Numbered from the stretch's first letter, positions 8,568 through 18,454 are shown. The stretch: 64,000 bases of DNA from Gemmatimonadota bacterium (GCA_039592335.1 JBDHBX010000015.1:26777-90776), one strand, 5' to 3'. Made by a program: numbers and translations. The notes: generated from the sequence alone by a model not told the origin.

Positions 8568-9620
8568 ATGACACAGCAGACGACCACCGCCGTTCTCATC
8601 GAGCGCCATGGCCGGCCGGACGTGCTGGTCGAGCGCGAGGTGCCTCTCGCCGATCCGGGCCCGGAGGAGGTGCACCTGCGCGTGCACGCCGCCGGCGTCA
8701 ACTTCGCCGACCTGTTCATGCGGGAGGGGCTGTACGACACGGTGCCGTCCCGGCCCTATAGCCCCGGCTTCGAGGTGGCCGGCGAGGTCGTGCGCGTCGG
8801 TCACAAGGTCCCGACCTGGACGCCCGGCGACCGTGCCGTGGCGCTCATGCGCTACGGCGGCTACGCGCGGGACGTGGTGTTACCTGCCCGGCAACTGTTC
8901 CGCTACCCCGACTCGCTGACTCCCGCCGAGGCCGCGGCCATCCCCGTGGTCTTCCTCACTGCCTGGGTCGCGCTGTTCCACTCGGGGAACGCGCGCGCCG
9001 GTGAGACCGCGCTCGTGCTCGTGGCAGGCGGCGGCGTGGGCTCGGCGGCCGTGCAGCTCGCCGTGCACCACGGCATGCGGGTGATCGGCACCGCCGGGAG
9101 CGAGCGCAAGCGCACGTTCGTAACGGACGAGCTGGGGGCAGAGATCTGCTTCGACTCGCGCGGCGATTGGGAACCGGACGTGCGTGCCCTGGTCGGCGAC
9201 CGCGGCGTCGACCTCGCGCTCGATGCCATGGGCGGCCGCCACACGGCAGCCTGCCGGCGCTTGCTCGCCCCGCTGGGTCGCCTCGTGTTCTACGGACTGA
9301 GTGACGCCATGCCGCGCCTGAAGCGCAGTTGGCTGCGCGCGGCGTGGGCGTGGCTGCGCACCCCGCTCATCCACCCACTCTCCCTCATCCAGCCCAACAT
9401 CGGCGTGTCCGGCATCCACCTGCTGCACCTGCAGAAGCGGGAGGACCTGATGATCCCCGCGCTTCAGGAGATCTACCGTGGCCTCGAAGCCGGGCACTGG
9501 CGGCCGGTGCTCGACCGCACGTTCGGCCTCGACCGTGCCGGTGCGGTGGAGGCGCACCGGTACATCCACGCGCGCAAGAACCTGGGGAAGGTGGTGCTGG
9601 TGAGCAGCAAGGTGGGGTGA
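8568..9620 (+). CDS. NADPH:quinone oxidoreductase-like MDR (zinc-type alcohol dehydrogenase fold)
   Basis: The track ORF starts at 8292, but its first 92 codons are antisense to the hemolysin III gene. ATG 8568 gives MTQQTTTAVLIERHGRPDVLV.... Motifs: HAAGVNFADLFMREGLY and GGGVGSAAVQLA. Confidence 0.8.
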   Translation: MTQQTTTAVLIERHGRPDVLVEREVPLADPGPEEVHLRVHAAGVNFADLFMREGLYDTVPSRPYSPGFEVAGEVVRVGHKVPTWTPGDRAVALMRYGGYARDVVLPARQLFRYPDSLTPAEAAAIPVVFLTAWVALFHSGNARAGETALVLVAGGGVGSAAVQLAVHHGMRVIGTAGSERKRTFVTDELGAEICFDSRGDWEPDVRALVGDRGVDLALDAMGGRHTAACRRLLAPLGRLVFYGLSDAMPRLKRSWLRAAWAWLRTPLIHPLSLIQPNIGVSGIHLLHLQKREDLMIPALQEIYRGLEAGHWRPVLDRTFGLDRAGAVEAHRYIHARKNLGKVVLVSSKVG

Positions 9621-9638
9621 GCGCCGGACGGGGGCCCC

Positions 9639-10097
9639 TCACCGCATCCACATCACCACCAGAACGGCGACGACCGCAAGGACGACGGTCGCCACGACAG
9701 CGGTCACCACCCAGCGGCGACGGCGACGCCGCGTCGGGTATACCCCGGTTCGCTCGATCTCACCCAACCCCAGCACCTCGAAGCCTCTCCGTTGCGCGGG
9801 CGCCGGCTGACCGGTGACGGCCGTCTGGAGCATGTCGCCCATGTCGCGGATGGCGCTCATCGTGACGCGGGCGAGCGACGTGCGCGGTCCCTCGGGTGGC
9901 GGATCGTAGTCGCGCAGCACCTCGTAGGCCTCATTGATGCGCTTGACGTTCTTCTGCGCTTTCTGCTGCAGCCGCTCTGCGTGCGCGAAGCGATCGGGAT
10001 GCCACACCTGAGTGAGGTCGCGGTACGCCTGCTGGATCTCCTCCTTGGAGGAATCTGGCGGCAATCCCAGCACGCGATAAGCGCGGTTCACGTCCAT
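9639..10097 (-). CDS. J-domain (DnaJ-like) protein with C-terminal membrane anchor
   Basis: From ATG 10097: MDVNRAYRVLGLPPDSSKEEIQQAYRDLTQVWHPDRF (HPD motif). It carries an RRRRRR run, then the hydrophobic tail VVTAVVATVVLAVVAVLVVMWM. Confidence 0.75.
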   Translation of the reverse strand: MDVNRAYRVLGLPPDSSKEEIQQAYRDLTQVWHPDRFAHAERLQQKAQKNVKRINEAYEVLRDYDPPPEGPRTSLARVTMSAIRDMGDMLQTAVTGQPAPAQRRGFEVLGLGEIERTGVYPTRRRRRRWVVTAVVATVVLAVVAVLVVMWMR

Positions 10098-10154
10098 GGC
10101 GGGTAGAAGATACGGGCCCGTGACGAGGCCTGGCCAGCGGCGTAGCCTTGTTGC

Positions 10155-11366
10155 ATGCCTCGCCCCGATCCCGCCCCTCGCATCCTCCAAGTCGACGCCG
10201 ACGCGTTCTACGCTCAGGTGGCCCGACTGCTCGACCCCGAGGGAGCGGGTCAGGCCGAGTTGCTCCTGGTAGGCGGCTCACCTCAGGGCCGCGGCGTGGT
10301 CACCTCGGCCTCCTACGCCGCCCGCAAGTACGGTGCACGCTCGGGGATGCCGATGGCCACGGCGCTCAGGCTCTGCCCGGGGGCCACGGTGGTGGGCGTG
10401 CCGCGTCGCGCGTGCAGCGAGAAGTCGCGCGCCATCGTGGCGGTACTGGAGCAGTTCACCCCGGTGGTGGAGCCGGCCTCGATCGACGAGATGTACCTCG
10501 ACCTGACGGGCACCGAGGAGCTGTACAAGAACGAGCCGCTGGAGGCCACCGCGCGCCGCATTCGCCAGGTCGTGCTGGACGAGACGGAGATCGCGGTCTC
10601 GATCGGCGGCGGCACTACCCGCCTCGTGGCCAAGCTCGCTGCCAAGCGGGCCAAGCCGCACCGTACCCCAGGGGCCGCAGGCGTGGTCGTGGTGCCGCCC
10701 GGCCAGGAGGCCGAGTTCCTCGCCACCTTCGATCTGGCCGACATACCTGGCGTGGGGCCGCGCTTCCAGGATCGTCTGCAGGTGTACGGTCTCGTCACCG
10801 TGCGCGACGCCCTGAGGCACGACGAGGCCACGCTGCAGGGCTGGCTCGGGGAGCGCGCCGGCGCGTGGCTGTATTGCAGGATGCGCGGCATTGATCCGAC
10901 GCCCGTGGAAGCGCGCGAGCGGGCCAAGTCCATCAGTCGCGACGAGACCTTCGCCAGAGATATCGACGCCGACCGCGACCTCTCCCGCGAGCTGCTGCGC
11001 CTCGCCGACCGGGCGACCTCCGATCTCCGGAAGCACGGCTGGGCCACACGCACCATCACCGTGCGCATCCGCGATCACGACTTCCGCAACCGGTCCAAGA
11101 GCCTCACGCTCGACGAGCCCGTGATCGCCGACCGTGTGGTCGCCCAGGTTGCCAGGGCGCTGCTCAAGCAGCTGCGCGAAAGGCGCCGCGTGCCTGCCCG
11201 CCTGCTGGGCGTGGCGCTCTCCAACCTGAAGCCCGCCGAGGAGGTGGATCAGCTCTCGCTGTTCGACGAGGGTGGAGAGGAGACGGGCCGCGACCGCGCC
11301 CTCTCGCGTGCCATCGATCAGGTGCGGGAGAAGTTCGGTTACGGTGCCGTGGGGAGGGGTCTCTAG
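10155..11366 (+). CDS. dinB: DNA polymerase IV (Y-family)
   Basis: 403 aa with ILQVDADAFYAQVA, SIDEMYLDLTG and a VSIGGG..LVAKLAAKRAKP pattern typical of DinB. Confidence 0.85.
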   Translation: MPRPDPAPRILQVDADAFYAQVARLLDPEGAGQAELLLVGGSPQGRGVVTSASYAARKYGARSGMPMATALRLCPGATVVGVPRRACSEKSRAIVAVLEQFTPVVEPASIDEMYLDLTGTEELYKNEPLEATARRIRQVVLDETEIAVSIGGGTTRLVAKLAAKRAKPHRTPGAAGVVVVPPGQEAEFLATFDLADIPGVGPRFQDRLQVYGLVTVRDALRHDEATLQGWLGERAGAWLYCRMRGIDPTPVEARERAKSISRDETFARDIDADRDLSRELLRLADRATSDLRKHGWATRTITVRIRDHDFRNRSKSLTLDEPVIADRVVAQVARALLKQLRERRRVPARLLGVALSNLKPAEEVDQLSLFDEGGEETGRDRALSRAIDQVREKFGYGAVGRGL

Positions 11367-11428
11367 CAGCTTGACGTCGGCTTGACGCGGCTCCACGAGC
11401 GTCCGGGCGTCCGGAACGGGAGAACCCC

Positions 11429-12070
11429 ATGCGACGCTCGGCTACCCTGATCATCATCGTTCTCAGCGCCCTCGCGGCCGCCGCCCGCGGCCAGGAAACC
11501 GCCCGCCAGCCCTCCGGGCATCGAGGCACCTCGATCCTGTACGAGACCGCCATCGGCACGCGTCTCAACCAACAGCCCGATCCGGGGGTCGCCGACACGC
11601 GCTGGTTCGCCAACTGGGATCTGGGGTTCATGGCCAACCGCGGCACCTGGGCGTGGGGCGCCACGGTGCTGGCCAATGTGGACGAGGACGGTTCCCGCTG
11701 GGGCATCCGGCCCCGCTACCGGCGGTGGCTCGGCGGCAAGACCGCGCTGGATTTGGGCACCGGCATCCTGCTCGGTGGGGGAACGAACTACGGCGTGCAG
11801 AGCTACCCGGGGCTCACGGGGCTCGTGGCTGTGAGCCACGGCAGCTGGCTCGGCGTGAGCCTGGAGGTGCAGGCCATCCAGACGGCGCACAATGTCGAAT
11901 CCAGCTACTCCAACCCCGTGCTCGGGGAGCAGCGAGTCATCGGTGCCTCCGGCATCGACTGGAGCATCTACCTCGGTTTCCGCCTGAACGGAGTCGGAGC
12001 TCTGGTAGCGAACGCGGCCGAGCTGGTTCTGGGGATCGCAGCGGCCGCGTCGATGGATATGGGGATGTAG
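11429..12070 (+). CDS. Hypothetical secreted, possibly small beta-barrel protein
   Basis: Signal peptide MRRSATLIIIVLSALAAAARGQ. The body is Gly/aromatic-rich with an alternating pattern. No family recognised. Confidence 0.4.
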   Translation: MRRSATLIIIVLSALAAAARGQETARQPSGHRGTSILYETAIGTRLNQQPDPGVADTRWFANWDLGFMANRGTWAWGATVLANVDEDGSRWGIRPRYRRWLGGKTALDLGTGILLGGGTNYGVQSYPGLTGLVAVSHGSWLGVSLEVQAIQTAHNVESSYSNPVLGEQRVIGASGIDWSIYLGFRLNGVGALVANAAELVLGIAAAASMDMGM

Positions 12071-12288
12071 GCGGGTTCCAACCACCACGCGAAGACGCGG
12101 CAGGGCAATGCTCTGTCGCGTCCTCCATTCCCACCCAGCGTTCAGCGCAAGGCTCGCGAATGCCGACCCAGGCATTCGGTATACCAGCCGTGCAACCTCT
12201 CCCCGGGCGTGCCCGTAGTGCGGATGGACACCTTGAATCGCCCCACGCCCCCTTTCGCGGGGCGCGCACACCCAATGGAGTTGGCACG

Positions 12289-13659
12289 ATGATCACGCCT
12301 CGAGCTATGCGCTGGATCGCCTGCGGCGCGCGAGTTGCCATCGCGGTCGTTGCAGTGACACTACTGACCTGCTCCACTCTCGTGGCCCAAGTCGGCCCTC
12401 CCCCCGACGTCCCGGCCGACGCGGCCAAGCGCGCCGAGATCATTGACTCGGTGTGCGCGTCTCTCAACAAGACCTATGTCTTTCCTGACGTCGCCCAGCA
12501 AATGGACGAGTATGTGCGCGCGCAGATGGCCGAGGGCGCCTACGACGACCTCACCACCGTGGCGGAGTTCGCGCAGGCGCTGACTAGAGACCTGCGCTCA
12601 ATCAGCCGCGACCGCCACCTCGGAGTGGTGTACGCTGCTCCGGCCCAGGTCGCGAGCATGAGCGCCGATCGTGACGAGGAAGAGGTCGCGCGGGAACGGC
12701 GGGAGGAATACGCCCGGAGCAACTTCAACTTCAAACGGGTGGAGCTGCTGGAGGGCAACGTGGGTTACTTGCGCTTCGACAGCTTCATGGACGCTGGGTG
12801 GGCCGGCCCCACTGCGGTGGCCGCGATGAACTTCCTGGCCAATGCAGATGCGATCATCTTCGACATGCGGTACAACGGTGGCGGCTCGCCCAGCCTGATC
12901 CAGCTGATCACCACGTATCTGTTCGAGGAATCGATCCACCTCAACAGCTTCTACATCCGCGAGAGCGACAGCACAACGCAATTCTGGACGCTCACCCACG
13001 TACCCGGTGAGCGCATGCCCGACGTCCCCGTCTACGTGCTCACCAGCAACCGCACCTTCTCGGGCGCCGAAGAGTTCACTTACAACCTCAAGAACCTGGA
13101 ACGTGGTACGATCGTGGGCGACACTACCGGCGGCGGCGCGCATCCGACGGCGACCCATGTGTACGAGCACCTCAACGCCGAAGCACACGTTCCGTTTGGA
13201 AGGGCGGTGAATCCCATCACGGGCACCAACTGGGAGGGCGTGGGCGTGATCCCCGACGTCCCCGTGCCTTCCGAGCAGGCCCTGGAAACCGCCCACCTGA
13301 TGGCGCTGCGAGAGCTCAGAGAGGGCGAGACCGACCCGCGCCAGCACTTCGCGCTCGACTGGGCCATCGCCGGCCTGGAGGCGCAGCTCAACCCAGTGAC
13401 GGTGGATCCTGCGGTCCTGGCGTCGTACACCGGGACTTACGGCCCCCGCACGCTCTCGGTGCAGGATGGGCAACTCGTGTACCAGCGCGCGCCCAACGCG
13501 CCCATGACGGCCATTCCCATGGGCGACGCGCTGTTCCGCTTCGAGGAGATCGCGTACTTTCGTCTCGAGGTGGTAGTGGATGACACCGGCACGCCCGTCA
13601 AGCTGGTGGGACACTACGACAGCGGGCAGACCGACGAGTCGCCACGATCGGGTGGGTAA
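12289..13659 (+). CDS. S41-family serine peptidase (C-terminal processing / tricorn-core-like)
   Basis: The track ORF starts at 11653; I trimmed it to ATG 12289, preceded by GGAG. It has a signal/TM segment. IIFDMRYNGGGSP and VLTSNRTFSGAEEFTYNLKNLERGTIVGDTTGGGA fit the S41 catalytic core. Confidence 0.75.
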   Translation: MITPRAMRWIACGARVAIAVVAVTLLTCSTLVAQVGPPPDVPADAAKRAEIIDSVCASLNKTYVFPDVAQQMDEYVRAQMAEGAYDDLTTVAEFAQALTRDLRSISRDRHLGVVYAAPAQVASMSADRDEEEVARERREEYARSNFNFKRVELLEGNVGYLRFDSFMDAGWAGPTAVAAMNFLANADAIIFDMRYNGGGSPSLIQLITTYLFEESIHLNSFYIRESDSTTQFWTLTHVPGERMPDVPVYVLTSNRTFSGAEEFTYNLKNLERGTIVGDTTGGGAHPTATHVYEHLNAEAHVPFGRAVNPITGTNWEGVGVIPDVPVPSEQALETAHLMALRELREGETDPRQHFALDWAIAGLEAQLNPVTVDPAVLASYTGTYGPRTLSVQDGQLVYQRAPNAPMTAIPMGDALFRFEEIAYFRLEVVVDDTGTPVKLVGHYDSGQTDESPRSGG

Positions 13660-13683
13660 CGCAGGCCGCATGCTTGAAATCAC

Positions 13684-13705
13684 AAGGGCCCCGTGAGGGG
13701 CCCTT
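13684..13705. terminator. GC-rich hairpin between convergent genes
   Basis: AAGGGCCCC-GTGA-GGGGCCCTT, a perfect 9-bp stem. The T-tracts on both sides are weak. Confidence 0.45.
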
Positions 13706-13761
13706 CGTGTAGATTCGCAGCCATGCCCGAGCTCCCCGACGTCGTCGTGTATTGCGACGCA

Positions 13762-14904
13762 CTAGGGGATCACCAATACTCCAACCGTCCCGCCGAACTC
13801 GTCTTGCTCCGCGCGCATCCCTCGGGGGACGATCCAGTCGCCTCCGTCGACACGGACGTTCAGGCGATGAACGCCCGGTGGAATGGCCACGGTGATCACG
13901 AAGTCCTCCGCACCGGTTCGCTCGAGGGTCAGCGGCACCCAATCGGTGAAGTCCCCCATCAGCTCAATCTTGGCGGCCCCGGGCGCGTAGACCCGCAGCC
14001 GAACCGTTTCGTCCTGCCGGGGATCCACCTCGAGCCGGGCTGCGACCGCGCTTCCCCCCTCGGGCTCCTCGCCGTACGCGCGCGCCAGGGCCTCGCTCAC
14101 CACCGCCGGCGGCGCGCGACGCACTGACGAGGTGCTCACGCGCACGCCAATGCTGGCGTAACTGGCCGCGAGAATCCCGCGCACCGGATCGGACGGGTAC
14201 GTCCCCCCGCCGAGTTCCGCGGCGAGGCGGCGCGACACGGGCACGTGTATCAGAACCTCTCCGTAGAGGCCCTCGTCAACATTGCCGGTCCACGTGCGGA
14301 GCCCACCGCGGTAGCGGAGCTCGAAATCCCGCAGCTCGAGGTCGATGCTCCCTTCGACATCGAGGTACACGAGGTTGCCGAACCACGTACGCGTTGCACT
14401 TGCCCCGAACGTCACGGATTGTTGCACCATCCAACCGCCGAGGGAGATCTCGACGGGGGTATCGGAGTCACCACCCACGAAGGACCGGCCCGTCACACCG
14501 CCGAACCACGCGCCCACACGCCGGCCTGCGAGGTGCAATCGTCCGCGGAGCAGCACGTGCCCGTACCGCTCCGTGGCGGTGTAGGCGGCCAGTCCGGCCG
14601 AGCCCGATAGCTCCGCACGCAACAGTCCGCCGACCGAAGTGAGCCACCCCCCGGCTGCAGAGCCCTGCAGCACCGAGTTGCCGCTTTCGAACACGACCCA
14701 ACTCACCTGCCCGCCCAGCGAGAGGCCGGGCCGTGCGAACTGAACGGTGGGAACGAGGTAAAACGCGGCGCTCGGGAGGAAGCCGTCGTAATCCACGTAC
14801 GACACGCCCCCCTCGAGCGCCCCGGTGGTCTGCGCCGAGAGGCCCGACGCCCAGCAGATACACCACGCGAATGCCGCGACGGTGGCCGACCCGCGCCGCG
14901 TCAC
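13762..14904 (-). CDS. Secreted protein: beta-barrel-like N-domain plus C-terminal CBM48 / AMPK-glycogen-binding-like E-set domain
   Basis: Has a signal peptide. The C-terminus VRLRVYAPGAAKIELMGDFTDWVPLTLERTG...PPGVHRLNVRVDGGDWIVP matches the GxFNxW...PxGxYxYxFxVDGxW pattern. Confidence 0.6.
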   Translation of the reverse strand: MTRRGSATVAAFAWCICWASGLSAQTTGALEGGVSYVDYDGFLPSAAFYLVPTVQFARPGLSLGGQVSWVVFESGNSVLQGSAAGGWLTSVGGLLRAELSGSAGLAAYTATERYGHVLLRGRLHLAGRRVGAWFGGVTGRSFVGGDSDTPVEISLGGWMVQQSVTFGASATRTWFGNLVYLDVEGSIDLELRDFELRYRGGLRTWTGNVDEGLYGEVLIHVPVSRRLAAELGGGTYPSDPVRGILAASYASIGVRVSTSSVRRAPPAVVSEALARAYGEEPEGGSAVAARLEVDPRQDETVRLRVYAPGAAKIELMGDFTDWVPLTLERTGAEDFVITVAIPPGVHRLNVRVDGGDWIVPRGMRAEQDEFGGTVGVLVIP

Positions 14905-14919
14905 GCGCGTGGACCGGCC

Positions 14920-15591
14920 TTAGGGCTTCCTCTCACGCTGGCGCTGCCCGCCCGGCGAGAAATCAAGCTGGTCGGTCGCACCCGCCCCGAGTGCCTCGGC
15001 GGCGGCGCTCGACTCGAGCCGTACCCCAAGCGCCGCAACGGGCGTAGCGCCCAGCGCGATATCGCGCTCCACGCTCCGCCGAAACGCAACGTACTCCGCG
15101 TCGTCCACGACGTCTGCGAGCGCCAGTACCGCCGCCACCGCCGTGTCGGATGGCACCCCAACCGCCACGAGGTCGGCGAGCACCGCGGCCGCCACCGTGA
15201 GGGATTCTTCACCACGTAGCTCCCTGAGGCGCGTCAGGTCATTGGGCGACGCCCCCGCCCGCAGCGCGCTCGCCCCGGCCACGATCTCCGCCGCCGAGGA
15301 TAGCCCACCCATGGCGTCCCGTGCCAGCCCCAACTCCCCGTGCAGGCGTCGGATCGCGGCCACGATCCGCTCGCCCTCCGCGCCCTTGCTGGCGCCCTCG
15401 AGCGCGCGGTCCACGAGCGGCTCGGTGGGCAGCCGCGCCGCGCGCGCCGAATCCAGGATGGCCTCCACCTGCGCTCGCTGCGGCTGCGAGAGCACCGCAA
15501 GGCGCGGCTCCTGGCTCGAGGCAGGACGCGGCGCGACCACCAGCATTGCAGCGAAGAGCACCCAAGCAGCGCGACGTTGTGGGTTCATCAT
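14920..15591 (-). CDS. Hypothetical secreted Ala-rich protein
   Basis: Signal peptide MMNPQRRAAWVLFAAMLVVAPRPASSQ. ATGA overlap with the upstream anti-sigma gene. No family recognised. Confidence 0.45.
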   Translation of the reverse strand: MMNPQRRAAWVLFAAMLVVAPRPASSQEPRLAVLSQPQRAQVEAILDSARAARLPTEPLVDRALEGASKGAEGERIVAAIRRLHGELGLARDAMGGLSSAAEIVAGASALRAGASPNDLTRLRELRGEESLTVAAAVLADLVAVGVPSDTAVAAVLALADVVDDAEYVAFRRSVERDIALGATPVAALGVRLESSAAAEALGAGATDQLDFSPGGQRQRERKP

Positions 15592-16148
15592 CCCCTCACA
15601 GTCACGACCGAGTTCGGCCGCCCGAAGTCGTCATCCAGGGCCGGCGGCGTGGACGGATCCCGCACCCACTCGGTGCCATCCACCAGGAAGCCGTAGCGGT
15701 AGCGTCCGGGCGGGAGCGGCACGGTCACCGTCCACATGCCATCTCCCGACGCCTGACGCAGGGGCGTCGCGGTAGCAACCCAGTCGTTGAAGTCCCCCAC
15801 GACCGTCACCATCGATGCGCCGGGCGCGACCAGCACAAACTGCACGGTAGCCGCCTCGAGCACCTCCGTGGGCGCAGCGGTGTCCTCCACCCACGCAGCG
15901 CCCCAGCGCCCCATGAGGAGCAGCGCGGCGAGCGCGGCGGCCGCCGCCAGCCCACCGAGCGGACTCACAGTCACGGTGCGTCCGCGCCGCAGCCACTCCC
16001 ATGCCGACCACCAGCGTCGCGCTCCGACCCGCGGCGCCGGGGCCCGCTCGACCTCCTCCATGACGCGGCGATCCAGGCCGGGATCCAGCCGCACCGACTC
16101 CCGGAGCGTCTCGATCGCACGATCGATCAGGGGGTCGCGCTCATCCAT
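15588..16148 (-). CDS. Putative single-pass anti-sigma factor with extracytoplasmic CBM48-like domain
   Basis: Start ATG 16148 overlaps the sigma gene stop by 8 nt. TM segment LGGLAAAAALAALLLM. C-terminus VQFVLVAPGASMVTVVGDFNDWVATATPLRQ..PPGRYRYGFLVDGTEWVRDP. Confidence 0.6.
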   Translation of the reverse strand: MDERDPLIDRAIETLRESVRLDPGLDRRVMEEVERAPAPRVGARRWWSAWEWLRRGRTVTVSPLGGLAAAAALAALLLMGRWGAAWVEDTAAPTEVLEAATVQFVLVAPGASMVTVVGDFNDWVATATPLRQASGDGMWTVTVPLPPGRYRYGFLVDGTEWVRDPSTPPALDDDFGRPNSVVTVRG

Positions 16149-16689
16149 GTAGCTCCTCCGACAGGAGATGACGCAACTCCTCGCGCGCGCGGGCGACACG
16201 CATCTTCAGTGCCGACACCCCCGCGCCCGTGAGCTCACTCATCTCCTCGTAACTCAGCTCCTCGACGTACTTCAGGACGAACGCCTCTCGCTGCTCCGTC
16301 GTGAGTTGTGCGAGGGCCCACGCGATCGCGTCACGCCAAGCGGTGTCGGCCGCGGTGTGCCCCACTGACGCGCGCTCCACGGCCGCCTCCTCTAACACTA
16401 CCGTCCGTTCGCGCCGCGCGCGTTGCGCCCCGATGGTGCGGCAGCGGTTCACCAGAATGGCGAACAGCCACGCCCCGAACCGCTCGGGCGGCACACAGCG
16501 GACGAGCGAGCGGTAGCCGCGCACAAATGCGTCCTGCACCGCCTCCTCGGCGTCTGCCGCGTTGCCCAGCATGCGCACCGCGTACCGTCCGAGACGGTCG
16601 CGGTAACGGGCCACGAGGCCGGCGTAGGCTCCCGTGTCACCACCCAGCACACGCCGCACCAGGGCGGCGTCGCTTTCCGTCCTCACCAC
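16141..16689 (-). CDS. ECF-type RNA polymerase sigma-70 factor
   Basis: Region 2 (DAEEAVQDAFVRGY..., FGAWLFAILVNRCR) and region 4 (FVLKYVEELSYEEMSELTGAGVSALKMRVARAR). The GTG start at 16689 is chosen by homology and is uncertain. Confidence 0.8.
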   Translation of the reverse strand: MVRTESDAALVRRVLGGDTGAYAGLVARYRDRLGRYAVRMLGNAADAEEAVQDAFVRGYRSLVRCVPPERFGAWLFAILVNRCRTIGAQRARRERTVVLEEAAVERASVGHTAADTAWRDAIAWALAQLTTEQREAFVLKYVEELSYEEMSELTGAGVSALKMRVARAREELRHLLSEELHG

Positions 16690-16880
16690 GAATACCCGCG
16701 CACGGGGACTCGGGTCACCACCACACCTCCTGACGCCTGTGACGCGGGCGCCGTGCACCGGGTATGCGCAATACAACGGGCACCAACGGCTCGGCCGATG
16801 ATGGAAGTGTAGGGCGCTCGATCCACGACGTCCACGCATTCCGCGGCGGCGCCGGGGCCCGGCGCACCCAGGAGGCGCCT

Positions 16881-18377
16881 ATGCACCCGATTTGGTCAAT
16901 CATCCGTCGCGCCTTCGCCGCCCTCCCTCCGCTGCTCGTGCTGCCGACCGTGGCGACCGCGCAGTTCATCGCGCTGAAGACCCTCCCCGTGGCGACCGGA
17001 GACCAGTTCATGATCTTCCCGTCGGAGAACGTGGGCATGGGCAACGTCTCCATCGCGCTCGACGACGCGCTGCTCGACCCGTTCGTGAACCCCGCCAAGA
17101 CCAGCCGGCTCACCCGATCGCTCGTGTTCGCCACACCCACGTTCTACAGCATCTCCAACAACGCGGGCAATGCCAGGTCCCTCCCCGCCGGTGCCCTGTT
17201 CAACGGCAAGGGCTGGTTCGGCGGCGGCGTGGTGGCGCTGCAGCAGCTGGAGCGGCAGGAGTTCTTCGGGCCGGTGCCTTTCTGCTGCGGACCGGAGAAT
17301 CTCCTGAGCGAGCGCTCGGCCACCAACAAATACGCATACCTCAACTTCGGCCGCCTGTTCCCTGTGGGCCTCGCGCTCGCGGGGAGCGCGTTCTACGCCG
17401 ACCTCAGCGCGGTGGACGGTGTGGAGCACCTCTACGCCGGGGCGGTGGGCATCGATCAGTGGGGCGGCATGGCCGATTTCCGGATCGGGCTCACCAAGGA
17501 GTGGGCCGGCGGCCGCGTGGCCGAGGCGGTGATCCTGCACAACCGGTTCGACATGGACCACGACGTGGCCTACATCGACTGGGTGCTCGTGGACTCGGTG
17601 CAGTGGCCGGAGTGGCGGCCCGAGACTCGCACGCAGCACAACCGCGACGTGACGCGCACCTGGGGTCTGCATCTGGGCTACGTACAGCCCATCGGGACGA
17701 ACGGGTGGCGGGTCGGCGGGATTCTCACCGCCAACCTGAAGTCGCATCCCAAGATCCCCAGCTACGTGCTGGAATACGTCCCCGAGGAGCCCCCCAAGGA
17801 TCCCGGCAACAGCAGCGCCTTCGACATCGGGGTGGGGTTCTCACGGACGACGGAGCAGACGACGTTCGGGATCGACCTGGTGTACCAGCCGGCGTTCAGC
17901 GACACGTGGGCGGAGGCCGATTCGGCAACCGAGACGGTGCAAGGTGACACCATCCCCGCGGGAGGCAAGCTCATCGAGAACACGTTCCGCTTCGGCAATG
18001 CCTTCCTCGGGCTTGGCGTAACCCAACGGGTGGGCGTCGCCGCTTTTCAGCTCGGCCTCCAAGTGCGAGCCTACGACTATCACCTCGACCAGTGGAACAA
18101 CGTGGAGGAAACGAGCCGGCGACAAGACGAGCAGTGGATGGAATGGGCCCCGAGCTGGGGCGTCAGCGTCCGCCTCACCGGACTCGAGCTGCGGTACCGG
18201 GGGCGGGTCACCAGCGGCACCGGCCGCCCCGGTGTGGCGCGCGACCAAGTCTTCGGCGCCGGACAGCTCGACTTTGCCCCGGGAAGCGACATCGTGTGGG
18301 CGCCGGATGCGCCCCTCACACTGCAGGACGCCACCGTGACGACACACCAAGTGTCAGTATCAGTACCGATCAAGTAG
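16881..18377 (+). CDS. Hypothetical outer-membrane beta-barrel-like protein
   Basis: Trimmed to ATG 16881, after GGAGG. Signal peptide ...LLVLPTVATAQ. Alternating aromatic/Gly strands and a C-terminal beta-strand. Divergent from the ECF operon. Confidence 0.5.
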   Translation: MHPIWSIIRRAFAALPPLLVLPTVATAQFIALKTLPVATGDQFMIFPSENVGMGNVSIALDDALLDPFVNPAKTSRLTRSLVFATPTFYSISNNAGNARSLPAGALFNGKGWFGGGVVALQQLERQEFFGPVPFCCGPENLLSERSATNKYAYLNFGRLFPVGLALAGSAFYADLSAVDGVEHLYAGAVGIDQWGGMADFRIGLTKEWAGGRVAEAVILHNRFDMDHDVAYIDWVLVDSVQWPEWRPETRTQHNRDVTRTWGLHLGYVQPIGTNGWRVGGILTANLKSHPKIPSYVLEYVPEEPPKDPGNSSAFDIGVGFSRTTEQTTFGIDLVYQPAFSDTWAEADSATETVQGDTIPAGGKLIENTFRFGNAFLGLGVTQRVGVAAFQLGLQVRAYDYHLDQWNNVEETSRRQDEQWMEWAPSWGVSVRLTGLELRYRGRVTSGTGRPGVARDQVFGAGQLDFAPGSDIVWAPDAPLTLQDATVTTHQVSVSVPIK

Positions 18378-18402
18378 CGCCGCTCCAGGGCAACGGCGCA
18401 CG

Positions 18403-18445
18403 ACGCGGCAGCGTCCCGGAGATGGGCGCTGCCGCGTTCGGTTTC
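18403..18445 (+). terminator. Hairpin terminator candidate after the OM-like gene
   Basis: ACGCGGCAGCG (18403-18413) pairs perfectly with CGCTGCCGCGT (18427-18437), followed by TCGGTTTC. Confidence 0.45.
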
Positions 18446-18454
18446 AGGCTGTGG

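Noticed and set aside
16690-16880. ECF-type promoter (GGAAC...CGT) in the divergent region between the ECF sigma operon and the OM-barrel gene.
   Set aside because: Only loose matches were found (GGAAG...CGTC with a 21-nt spacer; GGAAT...CGAG). By eye these are not distinguishable from chance.
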